Shown here piece after piece: positions 62,954-64,000 of a stretch of DNA of 64,000 nucleotides. The stretch covers positions 20,373-84,372 of the forward strand of contig DAOPZY010000007.1 in the NCBI GenBank assembly GCA_035353615.1. The letters are read 5' to 3'. Positions within the stretch are counted from its first letter, which is position 1. Every line of letters begins with the position of its first letter. A program made the position numbers and the translations under genes. The notes under the pieces are model-generated. The model had not been told where the DNA came from. It did no database searches and saw nothing but the letters and a program-made list of their open reading frames with translations. The DNA is from Candidatus Limiplasma sp. (GTDB taxonomy: Bacteria > Bacillota > Clostridia > Christensenellales > Aristaeellaceae).

Positions 62954-64000
62954 ATGGATGTAATCGTCATCGGGGCCGGGCACGCAGGGTGCGAGGCCGC
63001 GCTTGCCTGCGCGCGCATGGGGCTGGAAACGCTCCTGCTCACGCTGGATATTAACAGTGTCGCCCTTATGCCCTGCAACCCTGCTGTCGGGGGCACCGGA
63101 AAAGGGCATCTGGTGCGCGAGCTGGACGCGCTGGGTGGGCAAATGGGTTTAGCCATCGACCGCACTTTTTTACAAAGCCGCATGCTCAACATCGGGAAAG
63201 GGCCAGCCGTGCACAGTCTGCGCGCGCAGGCCGACAAGCGCCGCTACCACGAGGAAATGCTCAACACCCTGTTTTCTGCCGAACACCTGACGGTGCGGCA
63301 GGGCGAAGCCATGGACATCCTGACCGCAAACGGCCGGGTTACCGGCGTAAAGATCATGACGGGGGATGTGCTGCCCTGCAGCGCCTGCGTGGTGTGCGGC
63401 GGCGTGTACTTAAAAAGCCGGATTATCATTGGGGAATATACCAAGGAAAGCGGCCCACAGGGCCTTCTGCGCGCCGAGGGCCTCAGCCAGTCGCTCACAA
63501 ACCTGGGTTTTGTGCTGCGCCGCTTTAAAACAGGCACGCCGGCGCGCATCGACGTGCGCTCCATCGATTTTGACCAGATGGAGCCGCAGGACGGCGACGA
63601 CCCCATTACCCCGTTTTCTTTTCTGACGGCGGCGGAAGTTCCGGAAAGCGGGGTCGCCTTTCCGCTGGTCAACCGCCGCCGGTGCTACCTGACCTACACC
63701 AATGAGGAAACGCACCGCATCATCCGCGAAAACCTGCACCTGTCCCCCATGGTGCGCGGGGAAATCAAGGGCACCGGCGCGCGGTACTGCCCCAGCATTG
63801 AGGATAAAATACGCCGGTTTCCGGATAAGGATCGCCACCAGATTTTTCTGGAGCCGGAAGGGCTTGCCTCGCCGGAGTGGTATGTGCAGGGCATGAGCAC
63901 AAGCCTACCCGAACGGGTGCAATGGCCGATGTACCGCACCCTCCCGGGGCTGAAGCGCGCGGTGCTCACCCGCCTTGCCTACGCGATCGAATATGATTGC
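62954..64000 (+). CDS. mnmG: tRNA uridine 5-carboxymethylaminomethyl modification enzyme MnmG (GidA), N-terminal part; runs off right edge
   Basis: Not in the ORF track because no stop is reached. ATG 62954 gives [23 protein letters not shown]..., then [23 protein letters not shown] and [11 protein letters not shown]. Confidence 0.92.
   Translation, partial: MDVIVIGAGHAGCEAALACARMGLETLLLTLDINSVALMPCNPAVGGTGKGHLVRELDALGGQMGLAIDRTFLQSRMLNIGKGPAVHSLRAQADKRRYHEEMLNTLFSAEHLTVRQGEAMDILTANGRVTGVKIMTGDVLPCSACVVCGGVYLKSRIIIGEYTKESGPQGLLRAEGLSQSLTNLGFVLRRFKTGTPARIDVRSIDFDQMEPQDGDDPITPFSFLTAAEVPESGVAFPLVNRRRCYLTYTNEETHRIIRENLHLSPMVRGEIKGTGARYCPSIEDKIRRFPDKDRHQIFLEPEGLASPEWYVQGMSTSLPERVQWPMYRTLPGLKRAVLTRLAYAIEYDC

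Overview
Visibly GC-rich chromosomal segment. Gene content and regulatory signals suggest an anaerobic Clostridia-type Firmicute of the Oscillospiraceae/Ruminococcaceae kind: rubrerythrin, the DapL lysine route, a split PurO/PurH, TGn extended -10 promoters and GGAGG ribosome-binding sites. This taxonomic guess is inference only. I support 45 protein-coding genes. I found no rRNA, tRNA, CRISPR array, transposase or integrase.

Layout:
- 1-11.2 kb: purine biosynthesis cluster purF'-purM-purN | purO-purH(AICARFT-only)-purD-purL | purB.
- 11.7-13.9 kb: dapF-dapL.
- 14.0-17.6 kb: heterodimeric ABC exporter pair.
- 17.7-26.4 kb: a four-gene + strand cluster of unknown function. It encodes a 715-aa lipoprotein, a 4-TM protein, a 701-aa divergent tubulin/FtsZ-like GTPase with a coiled-coil tail, and a translationally coupled 1213-aa protein whose C-terminal part carries all three actin/Hsp70 (ASKHA) nucleotide-binding motifs. 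This is the most interesting locus in the window.
- 26.8-36.4 kb: racemase, a GT2 plus a large GT-C-like membrane protein, a QueH-DinB fusion, a Big_2/CHAP hydrolase, rubrerythrin, a GNAT and a GT4.
- 36.8-39.9 kb: rapZ-murB (- strand) and corA.
- 40.7-56.5 kb: a - strand block with a DUF998-like protein, a zinc-ribbon/TPR surface protein, an HD protein, a helical protein, a TPR protein, hslO, a methyltransferase, a DUF624-like protein, EamA, a GH114-like lipoprotein, pgsA, rseP and dxr.
- 57.2-60.3 kb: three tandem M42 peptidase paralogues.
- 60.9-64.0 kb: phosphoglucomutase and mnmG'.

Intergenic regions carry a dispersed, structured repeat family, including a 3 x 190-bp tandem array and an inverted pair. 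They also carry a 14-bp periodic degenerate tandem repeat, an ~86-bp tandem repeat and several reused GC-rich hairpins. Many long ORFs in the six-frame track are antisense shadows of real genes, as expected in GC-rich DNA, and were rejected.
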